NCBI GenBank assembly: GCA_051003155.1
Contig: JBPCLO010000025.1
Coordinates: 1-43,407 of the forward strand
From: Fimbriimonadales bacterium
GTDB taxonomy: Bacteria > Armatimonadota > Fimbriimonadia > Fimbriimonadales > ATM1
Direction of reading: 5' to 3'
DNA: 43,407 bases
Position numbers and translations under genes: made by a program. Positions 19,728-29,817 of this stretch are shown in pieces. Below the pieces are notes generated by a model. The model was not told where the DNA came from and ran no database searches. It was given only the letters and a program-made list of their open reading frames with translations. The stretch's first letter is position 1; each line of letters begins with the position of its first letter.

Positions 19728-20805
19728 CTTCGTTGCAATAATGTTTTCCTGATGGCGTTAATCGAAGCCGATTTCCGGTTAATGCGATCCAATCCTTGTT
19801 CTGCAAGTTTTCGACTGCGGCGGTGTTTATCTCGCCGATGGCAAGCCCCTCGTTTAATCGCAGGCCCAGCATAATTCGCTCGTCCTCGCCGGTCGCGGCG
19901 GTTATCGTTTCCATCTCGCAGGCAAGATTCCGGCCCGCCTCGACGGCTTGGCAGTAAAGCTCCGGATGCTTCAGATGCGTCCATCTAACGTCGCCCACCC
20001 GCTCCACAGCCCCGGGGCCGTACGCGATGTACTCCTCGTTGCGCCAGTAGCAGAGGTTGTGGCGGCATTCGCGGCCCGGCTTGGCGAAGTTGCTGATCTC
20101 GTATTGCTCCAGGCCCGCCGCAGACGCCCTTTCCACTGCGCGGTCGTACATAAGCGCCTGCGCGCCGTCATCGGGGAGGTCGAGTTGGCCCTTCAGATGC
20201 TGCTTGTAGAAAGCCGTGTTCGGCTCGATGGTAAGGCAGTAGAGGCTGAGATGCTCGGTGCCGAGTGCGATCGCTTTCGCGAGGTTCTGCTCCCAAGCTA
20301 TGAAACTCTGGCCAGGAAGGGCGAACATGAGATCGACGTTGATGTTGTCGAACCCGGCCTCCCGGGCCCTTTCGACGGCGATGCCTATGTCCGAACTGGC
20401 ATGGACGCGGCCGAGACGGATCAGGTCGCGCGCGTCGAAGCTCTGTCCGCCGAGCGAGACACGATTGAAGCCTCCTCGTCGCATCGCCTTGAACTTGGCG
20501 GAGTCGACCGTCCCGGGGTTGGCCTCGCTGGTGATCTCGCAGCCGTCGACCGGCGGGTGCGCCCCGACAACCGCGTCGAGGATGCGCAAAAGCTGGCCGC
20601 TCTCGAGGAAAGTCGGTGTCCCGCCGCCGACGAAGATCGTCTTGGCGGGCCGGCGGCGGTGAGCGCCATACTCTATTTCTGCGACGGTCGCGGCGACTGT
20701 CCTCTCGATGATGTCGCCCGACATCGCGTAGCTGTTAAAGTCGCAGTACCCGCACTTGGACGGGCAGAACGGCGTGTGGATATAAACGGCGACGGGCTGG
20801 CTCAT
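19708..20805 (-). CDS. hemW: Radical SAM heme chaperone HemW
   Basis: YIHTPFCPSKCGYCDFNS, GGGTPT, EANP, YEISNFAKPG.ECRHNL.YW. Confidence 0.93.
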   Translation of the reverse strand: MSQPVAVYIHTPFCPSKCGYCDFNSYAMSGDIIERTVAATVAEIEYGAHRRRPAKTIFVGGGTPTFLESGQLLRILDAVVGAHPPVDGCEITSEANPGTVDSAKFKAMRRGGFNRVSLGGQSFDARDLIRLGRVHASSDIGIAVERAREAGFDNINVDLMFALPGQSFIAWEQNLAKAIALGTEHLSLYCLTIEPNTAFYKQHLKGQLDLPDDGAQALMYDRAVERASAAGLEQYEISNFAKPGRECRHNLCYWRNEEYIAYGPGAVERVGDVRWTHLKHPELYCQAVEAGRNLACEMETITAATGEDERIMLGLRLNEGLAIGEINTAAVENLQNKDWIALTGNRLRLTPSGKHYCNEVIVALM

Positions 20806-20814
20806 CCCACGGCG

Positions 20815-20822
20815 AGTATACT
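20815..20822. promoter_or_regulatory. Palindromic AGTATACT giving a TATACT -10 box on both strands between divergent hemW and prfA
   Basis: 27-bp intergenic gap; TATACT lies 10 nt before the prfA ATG and 9 nt before the hemW ATG. Confidence 0.6.
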
Positions 20823-20832
20823 TTTTTCGCCC

Positions 20833-21894
20833 ATGTGGGACAAATTGCGCGAAATCGAAGAGCGGTATGAAAAGGTCCAAGAAGACCTCCAAAACCCCCA
20901 CATAACATCCGACATCGGACAGCTACAGAAGCTCGGCAAGCTCAACGCCGAGCTGGAGCCGTACGTCGCCAACTTTCGCCGGCTGCAAAAGGCGAAGGAC
21001 GAACTGCAAGGCACCGAAGAGATGCTATCCGATCCCGAGATGAAAGATGCCGCCCTCGCGGAGATCGGCGAACTCAAGACGACGATCGAAACGCTCGAGG
21101 AGGAGCTTCGAGTCATGCTCCTGCCAAAAGACCCGAACGATCAGAAGAGCGTCATTATCGAGGTGACGCAGGGCGCGGGGGGCGAGGAGGCAGCGCTGTT
21201 CGCCGGCGAGCTGTTCCGCATGTACACTCGGTTCGCCGAGCGGCGGGCGTGGAAGTACGACGTGATCGACATGGAGGAGACAGGAATCGGTGGCGTCTCC
21301 AGCGTGACGTTTTCGATCGACGCGGACGGGGCGTTTTCACAGCTGAAGCACGAGAGCGGCGTCCACCGGGTTCAGCGCGTCCCCAAGACGGAGTCGTCGG
21401 GGCGGATTCACACCAGCGCGGCGAACGTGCTCGTCCTGCCCGAGGCCGAAGACGTGGAGGTCGACATCCGGTCCGAGGATTTGGAGATGGACACATATCG
21501 GGCAGGCGGCGCGGGCGGGCAGCACGTAAACAAGACCGAGTCGGCCGTGCGAATCAAACACAAGCCGAGCGGCGTCATCGTGACCTGCCAGGACCAGCGG
21601 AGCCAGCTGCAAAACCGCGACAGGGCGATGCGCGTGCTTCGCGCGAAGCTATTCGAGAAGCAGCAGGACGAACTGAACAGGGCACAATCGAAGGCGCGGC
21701 TCTCAATCGGCAGCGGCGACCGGAGCGAGAAGATCCGCACGTACAACTTCCCGCAGAGCCGCGTCACCGACCACCGCATCAACTTCACGGCGCACAACCT
21801 GAACGGTGTCATGGACGGCGATTTGCAAGACATAGTGGACGCGCTGGTTTCCTATGAGCAAGCCAAGCTCCTCGCCGCCCACGCCAGCGAATAA
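20833..21894 (+). CDS. prfA: Peptide chain release factor 1
   Basis: GGEEAALF, ESGVHRVQRVPKTE (PxT motif), GAGGQHVNKTESAVR, RSEKIRTYNFPQ. Confidence 0.97.
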   Translation: MWDKLREIEERYEKVQEDLQNPHITSDIGQLQKLGKLNAELEPYVANFRRLQKAKDELQGTEEMLSDPEMKDAALAEIGELKTTIETLEEELRVMLLPKDPNDQKSVIIEVTQGAGGEEAALFAGELFRMYTRFAERRAWKYDVIDMEETGIGGVSSVTFSIDADGAFSQLKHESGVHRVQRVPKTESSGRIHTSAANVLVLPEAEDVEVDIRSEDLEMDTYRAGGAGGQHVNKTESAVRIKHKPSGVIVTCQDQRSQLQNRDRAMRVLRAKLFEKQQDELNRAQSKARLSIGSGDRSEKIRTYNFPQSRVTDHRINFTAHNLNGVMDGDLQDIVDALVSYEQAKLLAAHASE

Positions 21895-21901
21895 TGCGGC
21901 A

Positions 21902-22630
21902 TTACGTGTAAACGGGGTAAGCCCAGCCGTCGAATTCGCCGCCGTGCAGTTCCGCCTTCCTTCGCAAATAGGCGGTCTCAGCGCAAATTACATCGGGCTC
22001 GACGGAGGTCGTCTTGATCAACTCGCACCAGAACTTGCCGTCGTCGCCCTCCCAAACTGGTTCCGGGCTCGGCAAAAAGCCTTCCGCCGCGACATCGTTC
22101 ATGAAGGCCGATCGTTGCGTCTCTGTTGAAAAAATGGCTTTGAAGTCCACTTCCCGCGGCTTCGAAGCCACGTCGCCGTGCCCATCCAAGACCTCAAACA
22201 GTTGGTGGAACTTGGCCCGCTCATACTCCATTTCGCTGGGCGCCATCTCCATCTCGTAGATGCTCCAATCCGGGTCCAGCCTGGACTCGAGTTTCAACGT
22301 CTCCTTCTTCAGCAGCCCTGCCTTGACGGTTAACAATTCCGTGACCTGCTCTCGGCTGTACAAGAACACCTTCATCTCGCCGTTCGACGTGGTGTGGCCC
22401 AAATGGAGCACTCCCATCGGTTCGAGCGCATCCATGACCTTCTCCTCGAGATCCATTACGCGCCCGAGTTCACCCTTTGCCGGTAGGCCGTTTTCTTGAG
22501 CGCGATAAGGCAGCCGGACCGTAATCGCATAAGGCAAGCGCTCGCGCTTATCCGACCGAACGTCGGCCACCGAAATCAACCTAGGCAACCCCTTCTCCTC
22601 TCGGTTGTAAACAAGGTATTGCCGCTCCAT
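21902..22630 (-). CDS. DUF695-like domain plus RraB-like (DUF1260) domain protein
   Basis: Y...ENGLP...E, DPDWSIY, L..HGD..SKPREVDF, C-terminal GGEFDGW. Confidence 0.75.
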   Translation of the reverse strand: MERQYLVYNREEKGLPRLISVADVRSDKRERLPYAITVRLPYRAQENGLPAKGELGRVMDLEEKVMDALEPMGVLHLGHTTSNGEMKVFLYSREQVTELLTVKAGLLKKETLKLESRLDPDWSIYEMEMAPSEMEYERAKFHQLFEVLDGHGDVASKPREVDFKAIFSTETQRSAFMNDVAAEGFLPSPEPVWEGDDGKFWCELIKTTSVEPDVICAETAYLRRKAELHGGEFDGWAYPVYT

Positions 22631-22733
22631 ACTGCGCCGATTATGGCGCAGGACCAAGCCAACGAATCCTAGTGACTACGGTTAGGCCGATACCGGGTCT
22701 GCGCAACCTCGGAAAGCGAATATTGTTTCGGCG

Positions 22734-23090
22734 GGCTGGGTGGGCGTGACCTCGCAATTGACCTTTACTTGGGTGGCACGGACACGCGATTCGATGCTTC
22801 TGTTCACGAAACCTCGCAAGCAGCGTGTCCGTGATCGACGCCTTCGCCAGCGCGCGAGTACAATCGGCTCATGTCAGATTGGCCCAAGGGGAGCATGGCT
22901 TGCCGCTCCGGGCTGGCATATGGACGCTGATCTGCTAAGACATTCCAGGTGGATCGATGCGACGTAGTTCTGCAATTGGAAGGTATGCGTTCACGGACAC
23001 GCTGACGGAGAATGTTCGCGAGCGGGACGGCCTGGTCGCGTGTCCGTGCCACCCAAGAGTGTGGAGAACGAGGTTAAGCCCACCCAGCCG
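22734..23090 (+). mobile_element. MITE-like internally deleted RAYT element bounded by two inverted REP-like ends
   Basis: End A 22734-22834 (+) and end B 22991-23090 (-) share gggtggg..acct-N-gggtggcacggacacgcga-N-cagcgtgtccgtga. After A comes the same leader as before the RAYT fragments (tacaatcggctcATG). Confidence 0.7.
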
Positions 23091-23094
23091 ACGA

Positions 23095-24300
23095 TCACCC
23101 CAAGTCCCTGCGGGTGCCGTAACGGCTTGATGACCTTTCCTTGAGTCCTGGCATTGGCGTCCAGTCGAAAGCGCCCGCAGGAACTTTGACACTAAAGCGC
23201 ATGTTCTCGAATCGGTAGTGCATCTTCGTGTCGCCAAATACCTGATCCCAGCCCAATATCTGCTTCGTCGCGCGGTCGACAAAAAAGACTAACCGGTCGT
23301 CTCGATCGAAGCTTTCGAAATGAATGGCCTTGGCAGCACATACTCGTCCGTCCACTTTCTGCATTCGGAACTCGGTCCTCTTTTCGAAGTAGGGAGCAGT
23401 GGCGCCCGTCGGAAAACCGAAGAATGCATCTAGCGCGTAGGGAGCGCCAAAGCCGAATCCCTTGGACACATCCCGCTTGAAGTACTCCTTCTCCGCAACC
23501 AGATGGTTGAATTGGACTTTCCCGTTGCAGAAGATGTTGATCTGGCCGTCGATCACGCGGAATGACTTCGGCTTCTGCAGCAGAAATGTCGACTTGAATG
23601 GCCCCAAACCTCTTCCCCTGCCAATGAGATCGCCACTTGCCGACTGAGAAGTTCTCAAATCTCGCTCAAACTCGGCGAAGAGGTCTCTCGCCTCATCGCC
23701 GGCGGAGATCATTTTTGAGAAAGTGCCCGCGACGACGCTGCGTTGATTCGCCCAGAGGCCGATGAGGTGAAGACCTTCGGTGTAATCTTCAACGAACGCA
23801 TGTTTCATCTTGTAGTCGAGTCCTCGCGGCATGACGAAATAGAGGGAGCACCCCTTGGGCAGCCCCTTCGATTCGAATGTCCTCGACAGTCCCACAACCT
23901 GCTCGCTCTTGATTGTAGGGCGGATCACCTCACGCACTGTTGCGGCGTCGCGCCGGCCTGGGCGTCCCATTCGGTACTCCAACGAAAGCGCACCCCGCGC
24001 CAAGACCATCTTCACCAGTAACGGCTCGATGTTTTGCTTTTTGTCGTTATCGTTGAACACCCACAGAGCTTGGTCGTTCGGAGTCTCGAGGAGGACCTTG
24101 CCCACCGAGCGCAAAGAACCCTCCTTCGATTCGAGCCGGCCCTTCCACGCTTTCAGGAGGCCCCACCTCTTCGAATCCATCGCGACCCAAAAGCCCGGTC
24201 GCATTTCGACCGCAACTGCTGGCCTAAATACATCGAGAACTCCTCGGTGGAAGGTCGCGTCGCTCAGGATCCAAGTGAGCACGAGCACGGTAGTCAACAT
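23095..24300 (-). CDS. Hypothetical secreted protein with a C-terminal LolA-like domain
   Basis: Hydrophobic N-terminus from ATG 24300; LQKPKSFRV, FFVDRATKQI, YRFENMRFSVKVPAGAFDWTP. Confidence 0.6.
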   Translation of the reverse strand: MLTTVLVLTWILSDATFHRGVLDVFRPAVAVEMRPGFWVAMDSKRWGLLKAWKGRLESKEGSLRSVGKVLLETPNDQALWVFNDNDKKQNIEPLLVKMVLARGALSLEYRMGRPGRRDAATVREVIRPTIKSEQVVGLSRTFESKGLPKGCSLYFVMPRGLDYKMKHAFVEDYTEGLHLIGLWANQRSVVAGTFSKMISAGDEARDLFAEFERDLRTSQSASGDLIGRGRGLGPFKSTFLLQKPKSFRVIDGQINIFCNGKVQFNHLVAEKEYFKRDVSKGFGFGAPYALDAFFGFPTGATAPYFEKRTEFRMQKVDGRVCAAKAIHFESFDRDDRLVFFVDRATKQILGWDQVFGDTKMHYRFENMRFSVKVPAGAFDWTPMPGLKERSSSRYGTRRDLG

Positions 24301-24341
24301 TCGGGAACGGTACCCCAACCCTGGCGAGAGGCAACCCCTTC

Positions 24342-24381
24342 TCGGGCCACCCGTCGCGGTGCGGTCCTGGCGGGTGGCCCG
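24342..24381. repeat. Perfect 12-bp inverted repeat made of two GGGTGG feet
   Basis: tcgggccacccg-N-cgggtggcccga. Confidence 0.8.
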
Positions 24382-24895
24382 AAGCAAGAACCTACTTCAA
24401 GGTCACCAGCGCACCGGGCTTGGCAGGGCTAAATCGCCCTTTGTATCTCGCGTCCCTAAGATCTTAGTCTCCTTCGTGGTCGATCATCAGCTTCAAGCCA
24501 GCTCCTAACATTAAGGCGCCGGGCAGGAACACGACTAATGCTTTGAGATCGTTCTCCTTCCACATGTCTTCAAAGTAGGGATGAAGGCATGGGGGCTGTC
24601 GAGACCGACCCAAAACCGGATTGCGTAATAGAAGGCCACGGCGCTGACTGCATATCTCATTGATGTTTCCTTATCCCGGGAAGGCTCTCGGCGTCCGGTC
24701 GTGCTGGCCGAGTGGCGGAAAGAGGTATGAGCTCTCACTCGTCTCCGGCGCACATGGACAAAATCAAGGCTGCGCATACTCACCATATCCGCAAAGTATC
24801 CTCTACTCCTAGACGGTGCATGCCCATGCCTCGACCCCCCAAGGTCCCCTGAAAGTGCGATCGACAATCGCTAGGAAACGCGACATAATGAGCAA

Positions 24896-25591
24896 ATGCT
24901 CGGTTTGCTTTTTATCATTACTGTTGCCGGCGCAGCCCAAGGTTGGCAGTCCAAGTTCTTTCAGGATGTACAGCTACATACTGGGCAGCCGCCAGTCACG
25001 GTACAAGTTGCCTGGCTCGAACCGAAAGACGTGTCGACCGACTCGGTAATGCCGGCCGTGGTGTCAGTTTTCAGCGGCCACCACGGCGAGCGCCGGTTGG
25101 TTTCTTCTACGAGAGTGGGAAACGTTGGTTTCCCTCATGACGTAGGGTTTTTCCAAGATGAACCTAGCGGCGAATGCTTCTTATCCCTGTCGTTAAAGGC
25201 GGCTGTAAAGTGGCAGACATGCATTTTCCGCTTCGATCGCAACCGCCCGCTCATAGTCCTTAGGCGCCGGCGTTTATGGCCAGAGCATCACGACGGTCGG
25301 TTCGTCATCACCGAGGATTCTCTTGCAAAGGATGTCGGCCTTAAGATACGAAAGGACGACCATCCGAATCCACCGGCCGAGGGGCGGGAAGTTCTTGTTC
25401 CCGACCGCCTATGGAAAACCTGTTTCGATCCGAATTTGGGCCTAGAGCACCATCTATCCGCAAAGATCTCGAAGGACGGCAAGCGTGTGACAGTGGTAAT
25501 GAGCGGTGCCGATGCAGGCGGTGGCTATCGAGCCACTTGGACTCTTAGGCCAAACGGGAAGCACACGCGAAAGTTCGATGACTCATGCTGA
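24896..25591 (+). CDS. Hypothetical secreted protein (possibly chimeric)
   Basis: Signal peptide MLGLLFIITVAGAA; CATAAT 6 nt upstream. Confidence 0.55.
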   Translation: MLGLLFIITVAGAAQGWQSKFFQDVQLHTGQPPVTVQVAWLEPKDVSTDSVMPAVVSVFSGHHGERRLVSSTRVGNVGFPHDVGFFQDEPSGECFLSLSLKAAVKWQTCIFRFDRNRPLIVLRRRRLWPEHHDGRFVITEDSLAKDVGLKIRKDDHPNPPAEGREVLVPDRLWKTCFDPNLGLEHHLSAKISKDGKRVTVVMSGADAGGGYRATWTLRPNGKHTRKFDDSC

Positions 25592-26054
25592 AGGTCATCA
25601 TCTGGCCCAGATAACCTAATTCGACATGCGGGTACACCAGGAGACGCCGAGGCGCCCTCAGTAACCTGCCGGGTTGTCGTCAAATTGCAAAACTGGGCAC
25701 GTGGAACTCCATATATTGCTGAAATCTAGGTTCAAAATCGCGAGGGCTGGCCCTTGGAGTTGAAGTTTAACAAGGATTATGCCGTGTTTAAGAGTGGCAA
25801 CAGCAAGCAAGCCATGTTGCAGGCTTGGGTACCGGATTACAGTTGAGCTTCGATTACAGGCTTGGCGATCAAGGTACGCGCCCCTGATGGGGTTGTACGC
25901 AAAGCATAAGCAGCGAGGGGTACGCACGCACGCCGAGATGGCCCTTCGCCATAGGGCTCCGTGATTATTCGCTCGATGCCAGGGATTAGAACCGGGACCC
26001 CTGGACTTGTCCATTCGGGGCTGAGCCATAATGCGACTGCGCAAACGTGACATC

Positions 26055-27188
26055 ATGATTCTCCTGTTGCTTCTGGTGGCTCTGCTACCTCCAATTGTAG
26101 GAGGCGCACCCAATACGCCATCTACAGTCGTTTTCTGCACGCAATCTGGCTGGCTACATGTGTGGAGCAGCGGTGCAAAGGAAGCGCGCGTCCTAAGGTC
26201 GGCGGGGTCGGATCTACATCAGCCAATTCTATCTCCCACTGGAGCAAGAATCGCTTACGCTTGGCGCGGCCCAGGGTCCCAGGCCACGCAGCTACGTATC
26301 ACTGACCTGACTGGCAGAGAGCGAACGACCATTACAAGGGCCAAGGGTTTTGACCGACCACTTCTTTGGACAGCAGATGGCCGATCGTTTATCTATAGCA
26401 GGGATGGTGTCGGCACCTTCGTCGACGACTTGAGAGGGCAGGGCGGCAGGAAACTGGCGGGAGTCGACAACGTCGCACGATCACCCAATGGAAAGTGGCT
26501 TGCCGTATTACGACTCAACCCGAAGCTAAAAGCTGCGTATGAGAAACCGGATCGCGGCGATTTTCGTCCATTCGACGTTTGGCTATACGACAAGCAACTG
26601 CGACCGATTCGAAAGCTTGCGACGGATTCGTGGTACACAAACTTTGAGTGGCTCGATAATAATCGGCTGAGGCTAGAGCAGGTGGGACCCGAGGGTTACG
26701 ACGGCGACGGCTACTCGCTGTATCACTACATCCTCAATGTGTCGACCGGTATGTGTACGAGGTTGCCTTCGGGCAAGCAAGTCCACGGCTTGGCCATTTC
26801 GCCGAATGGACGCTACATTGCTGAGTCCGAAGAACCCGGAGAGCTTTACGTACGAGATTTGAAGGGCAAGGGCCGTCGCACCATCGACAAGGACACGTAT
26901 TCCATGAAGCTTATGTGGAGTCTCAGCGGACGCTGGCTCTACTTCCAGAAGATGTCAAGCAAGCCGAAAGACGATCAGCAGCTTTGGCGACTGGATACGA
27001 AGAACTGGAAGATTGAGCAGTTGAGCAACCAACCAGAAATGTACGCGCTCTTCCACTTCGATCGAGAGCACGGCACCGTGTTTTTTCGGAACGGGGACTT
27101 AAAGCTTAGCATGAGTAATGACCAATATCGCGTGTTGCCGTTATGCTCTGCGAATTTGCTTGACAGTATATCAATCCACTGGAAGTAG
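26055..27188 (+). CDS. TolB-like beta-propeller (PD40/WD40-like) secreted protein
   Basis: Repeated SPTGARIAY, WTADGRSFIY, SPNGKWLA, ISPNGRYIA, WSLSGRWLYF. Confidence 0.8.
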   Translation: MILLLLLVALLPPIVGGAPNTPSTVVFCTQSGWLHVWSSGAKEARVLRSAGSDLHQPILSPTGARIAYAWRGPGSQATQLRITDLTGRERTTITRAKGFDRPLLWTADGRSFIYSRDGVGTFVDDLRGQGGRKLAGVDNVARSPNGKWLAVLRLNPKLKAAYEKPDRGDFRPFDVWLYDKQLRPIRKLATDSWYTNFEWLDNNRLRLEQVGPEGYDGDGYSLYHYILNVSTGMCTRLPSGKQVHGLAISPNGRYIAESEEPGELYVRDLKGKGRRTIDKDTYSMKLMWSLSGRWLYFQKMSSKPKDDQQLWRLDTKNWKIEQLSNQPEMYALFHFDREHGTVFFRNGDLKLSMSNDQYRVLPLCSANLLDSISIHWK

Positions 27189-27210
27189 CGTTACTTGGTA
27201 GCGCCGCCGA

Positions 27211-27314
27211 CGGCTGGGTGGGCGTGACCTTGCAATTGACCTCTAATTGGGTGGCACGGATGAGCGGACCGGAAATAGGCCGTTCACAACAGAGATGCAC
27301 CCGCTCGTCCGTGC
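27211..27314 (+). repeat. REP-like element copy C with a variant stem
   Basis: cggctgggtgggcgtgacct...gggtggcacggatgagcgg-N-ccgctcgtccgtgc. Confidence 0.8.
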
Positions 27315-27342
27315 GGACTACCCACAAGGCACTTTTGTTGCT

Positions 27343-27732
27343 TCACGCACTCCTCGACGAATCGTAAATGTAAAGGCCAAACGGGAGCCACCATATGAGG
27401 TCGTTTGTCACGCAGAGCGCGGCCGCGCGTGCGGGCCAGACGCCGGTTGCCACCAAGTAGGCCATCCCGGCTGGCCCGAGTGTCTTTCCCAATAGTCCTA
27501 CGGCCGCAATGAGCCTGCCGCGCTCAGGTGATCGAGCGACCTCAAGGTAGAGAATCCCGTAGAGCGCGATTACCATGCCGAGGCATGCGAATATGGGAGC
27601 ATGGTTAAGCGGCGGCATCCCGACAAAGCGAAAGAACCACTGCGGATCGACCGCTGAGTAGAGCCCCCAGCCTATGTTGTACACTCCCGCGGCTGCGAAG
27701 ACTGCCTGGTGGAACCGGCGCCGCGGCATCAT
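27343..27732 (-). CDS. Small membrane protein
   Basis: Four hydrophobic segments, AGVYNIGWG, NDLIWWLPF; translationally coupled to the upstream gene. Confidence 0.75.
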   Translation of the reverse strand: MMPRRRFHQAVFAAAGVYNIGWGLYSAVDPQWFFRFVGMPPLNHAPIFACLGMVIALYGILYLEVARSPERGRLIAAVGLLGKTLGPAGMAYLVATGVWPARAAALCVTNDLIWWLPFGLYIYDSSRSA

Positions 27733-28289
27733 GCGTCCGCCTGCCGATCGACGTTCGTCCAGGGCCAGCCCCCGTGAGGTAGTCCGAGCGCGGCGTAGAG
27801 ATCACGCAGCCCGGAGACGAATACTCCAACTGCCATTACTGTCAGGCCCCAGGGCAGCCATTCCGGCACTGGCGCCGGCCGCATGAAGACCCCCGAGGGC
27901 GCCGACCACCAGTCGGTTAGAACCGGGATCAGGTTGGCGACCATCGCTCCGTAAACGATTCCCATCACGGCGTGGGTCACGCGCTCGCCCGCATAGACGT
28001 CGCCCAACGTCTTCCGCGCCGCGATCTCCACCACGAAGTCCCACAGGGTCAGCACGATTTCGATTACGATCACGGCAATGAGCGCGATGACCCATGCACC
28101 CTGCCACGCAATCCAGGGAAGCGAGCCGAATAGGATGGCATAGAAAAAGTCCCGCGCCGCGTGGAGCTTCAATTCCGGAGCCGCGGTCGCGCCCCTCGCG
28201 GGCAGCCGAGCCTTCCACTCGTGGTAGTACGCAGTATCGAACGCGCCAATTACGCCCAGCGCGGCCAGCAGCCACAACGCGACGGTCAC
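27729..28289 (-). CDS. Membrane protein
   Basis: GAFDTAYYHEW..RLP, DFVVE..R, ERVTH; GTG start overlaps the upstream TGA. Confidence 0.75.
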   Translation of the reverse strand: MTVALWLLAALGVIGAFDTAYYHEWKARLPARGATAAPELKLHAARDFFYAILFGSLPWIAWQGAWVIALIAVIVIEIVLTLWDFVVEIAARKTLGDVYAGERVTHAVMGIVYGAMVANLIPVLTDWWSAPSGVFMRPAPVPEWLPWGLTVMAVGVFVSGLRDLYAALGLPHGGWPWTNVDRQADA

Positions 28290-28873
28290 AGCTGATCGCC
28301 CAACTCGAGCCGGCCGGTGTACGAGATGAGAAGTCGCCTGCCAGGGAACATCACCGAAACCTGCGCTTGCGTACCGGAAACCGACACCGGAGATTCGTGC
28401 GCCTCGACCTTCGGCGCTAAAAAGCTCGGAAGCGGTATCCGGAGAATCCCAATTCGAAAACGAGCCGCGATGGACCGGTAGGTGAGCCCGTCGCCTTGTA
28501 ACCGAACGGTTAGCAGCAGCTCCAGTCGTCCCAACCGCTCCCATACTTGGCCGGCCGCCGAGAAGCGCTGAGTAGTGCACACGACGTCATTGCCGAATCG
28601 CCGACGCCACATCTCGCCGGCAGTAGAGGTCGAAACCTCCAATACGGTGTCCACTTCATTGCTCTCGCGCGGCAATGGCATCAGGTGACAGATGATTCCG
28701 GCGATCCGGGAACGCCCGTGCACGATCCGAAAGCGTCCTCGGGCGCAAAGTCCATGTCCGGTCGAGTGTGCGCGGCGGATAGCGGGATGCAGGCGCTGCC
28801 AATCCGAGCCAAGGATGCGCGCGTATAAGGGCGCCTCTCCGCAAACGTGTGTCGCAGCGGCGCTCCCGGCCAT
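28286..28873 (-). CDS. DUF4166-like protein
   Basis: LG.DWQRLHPAIRRAH, WRRRFG, ERLG, LISYTG. Confidence 0.75.
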   Translation of the reverse strand: MAGSAAATHVCGEAPLYARILGSDWQRLHPAIRRAHSTGHGLCARGRFRIVHGRSRIAGIICHLMPLPRESNEVDTVLEVSTSTAGEMWRRRFGNDVVCTTQRFSAAGQVWERLGRLELLLTVRLQGDGLTYRSIAARFRIGILRIPLPSFLAPKVEAHESPVSVSGTQAQVSVMFPGRRLLISYTGRLELGDQL

Positions 28874-28901
28874 CGGCGTGATTATCTCATCCTCGCTTCT
28901 C

Positions 28902-29786
28902 TTATAATACATGGCGAAGCGCGGCATCCAGGCTCGGGTATCGGAACTGGAAGCCGGATTCCAGCAAGCTCAGCGGGACGGCACGGACGCTGGACAGGAG
29001 GGACTCGTCGGCCATCTGCCCAAATGCAATGCGTAGGGCGAAGGCGGGGACCGCCAGGAATGTCGGCCTCCGAAGCGCCCGAGCCAACGTGCGCGTGAAC
29101 TCGGCGTTGGTAACCGGGTTCGGGGAGGTCGTATTCACCGGGCCGGACAGCGTATCCGCACTTAGCGCGTGCCGAAAGGCTGCGACGGCGTCGTCCAGTG
29201 CGATCCAGCTCATCCACTGCCGGCCGCTGCCGATTCGTCCGCCCAAGCCCAGCCCGAACGGAAGGCGCATCTTCGCAATAGCCCCGCCCTTTCCGCTCAA
29301 CACTACGCCGAGGCGCAGGTTGGCCACCCGGATGCCCGCGCTCGTGGCGGGGGCGGTAGCCGCCTCCCACTCTCGGCAGACGCCGGCCAGAAACCCTTCG
29401 CCGGGCGCGCTCTTCTCGGTCAGAACCTCGTCACCGCGGTCTCCGTAGTAGTTGACCCCGGAGGCCGAGAGGAGCACCCGTGGCCTCGGGTCGAGCCCGG
29501 TCAACGCTTCGGCCAGTGTGCGCGTGCCCTGCTGCCGGCTACGCAGGATTCGTTGCTTCTTTGCGGCGGTCCATCGCCCCACGACGTTCTCGCCCGCCAG
29601 GTGAACGGCCGCATGCACGCCCCGGACTCCTTCGAGGTCCACATAACCGTTTTCAGGGTCCCACCGCGCTTCGCCCGGGCCGGCCTGACGCCGCACCAGC
29701 GGCACTACCTCATGCCCGTCGCTGGCGAGCGCTTCCGCCAACGCCGCCCCGATCAAACCCGAAGCGCCGCTCATGACGACCTTCAC
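28902..29786 (-). CDS. TIGR01777 family NAD-dependent epimerase/oxidoreductase
   Basis: SGASGLIG, HLAGENV.GRWT..KK..I..SR, GLGGRIGSGRQWMSWI, PVTNAEF. Confidence 0.92.
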   Translation of the reverse strand: MKVVMSGASGLIGAALAEALASDGHEVVPLVRRQAGPGEARWDPENGYVDLEGVRGVHAAVHLAGENVVGRWTAAKKQRILRSRQQGTRTLAEALTGLDPRPRVLLSASGVNYYGDRGDEVLTEKSAPGEGFLAGVCREWEAATAPATSAGIRVANLRLGVVLSGKGGAIAKMRLPFGLGLGGRIGSGRQWMSWIALDDAVAAFRHALSADTLSGPVNTTSPNPVTNAEFTRTLARALRRPTFLAVPAFALRIAFGQMADESLLSSVRAVPLSLLESGFQFRYPSLDAALRHVL

Positions 29787-29817
29787 AATGTCACTTCCAG
29801 AGTTCGTCTCAATGCGG

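Noticed and set aside
19948..20832. 295-aa N-terminal extension on prfA in the ORF track
   Set aside because: It is the antisense of hemW; RF1 homology begins at ATG 20833
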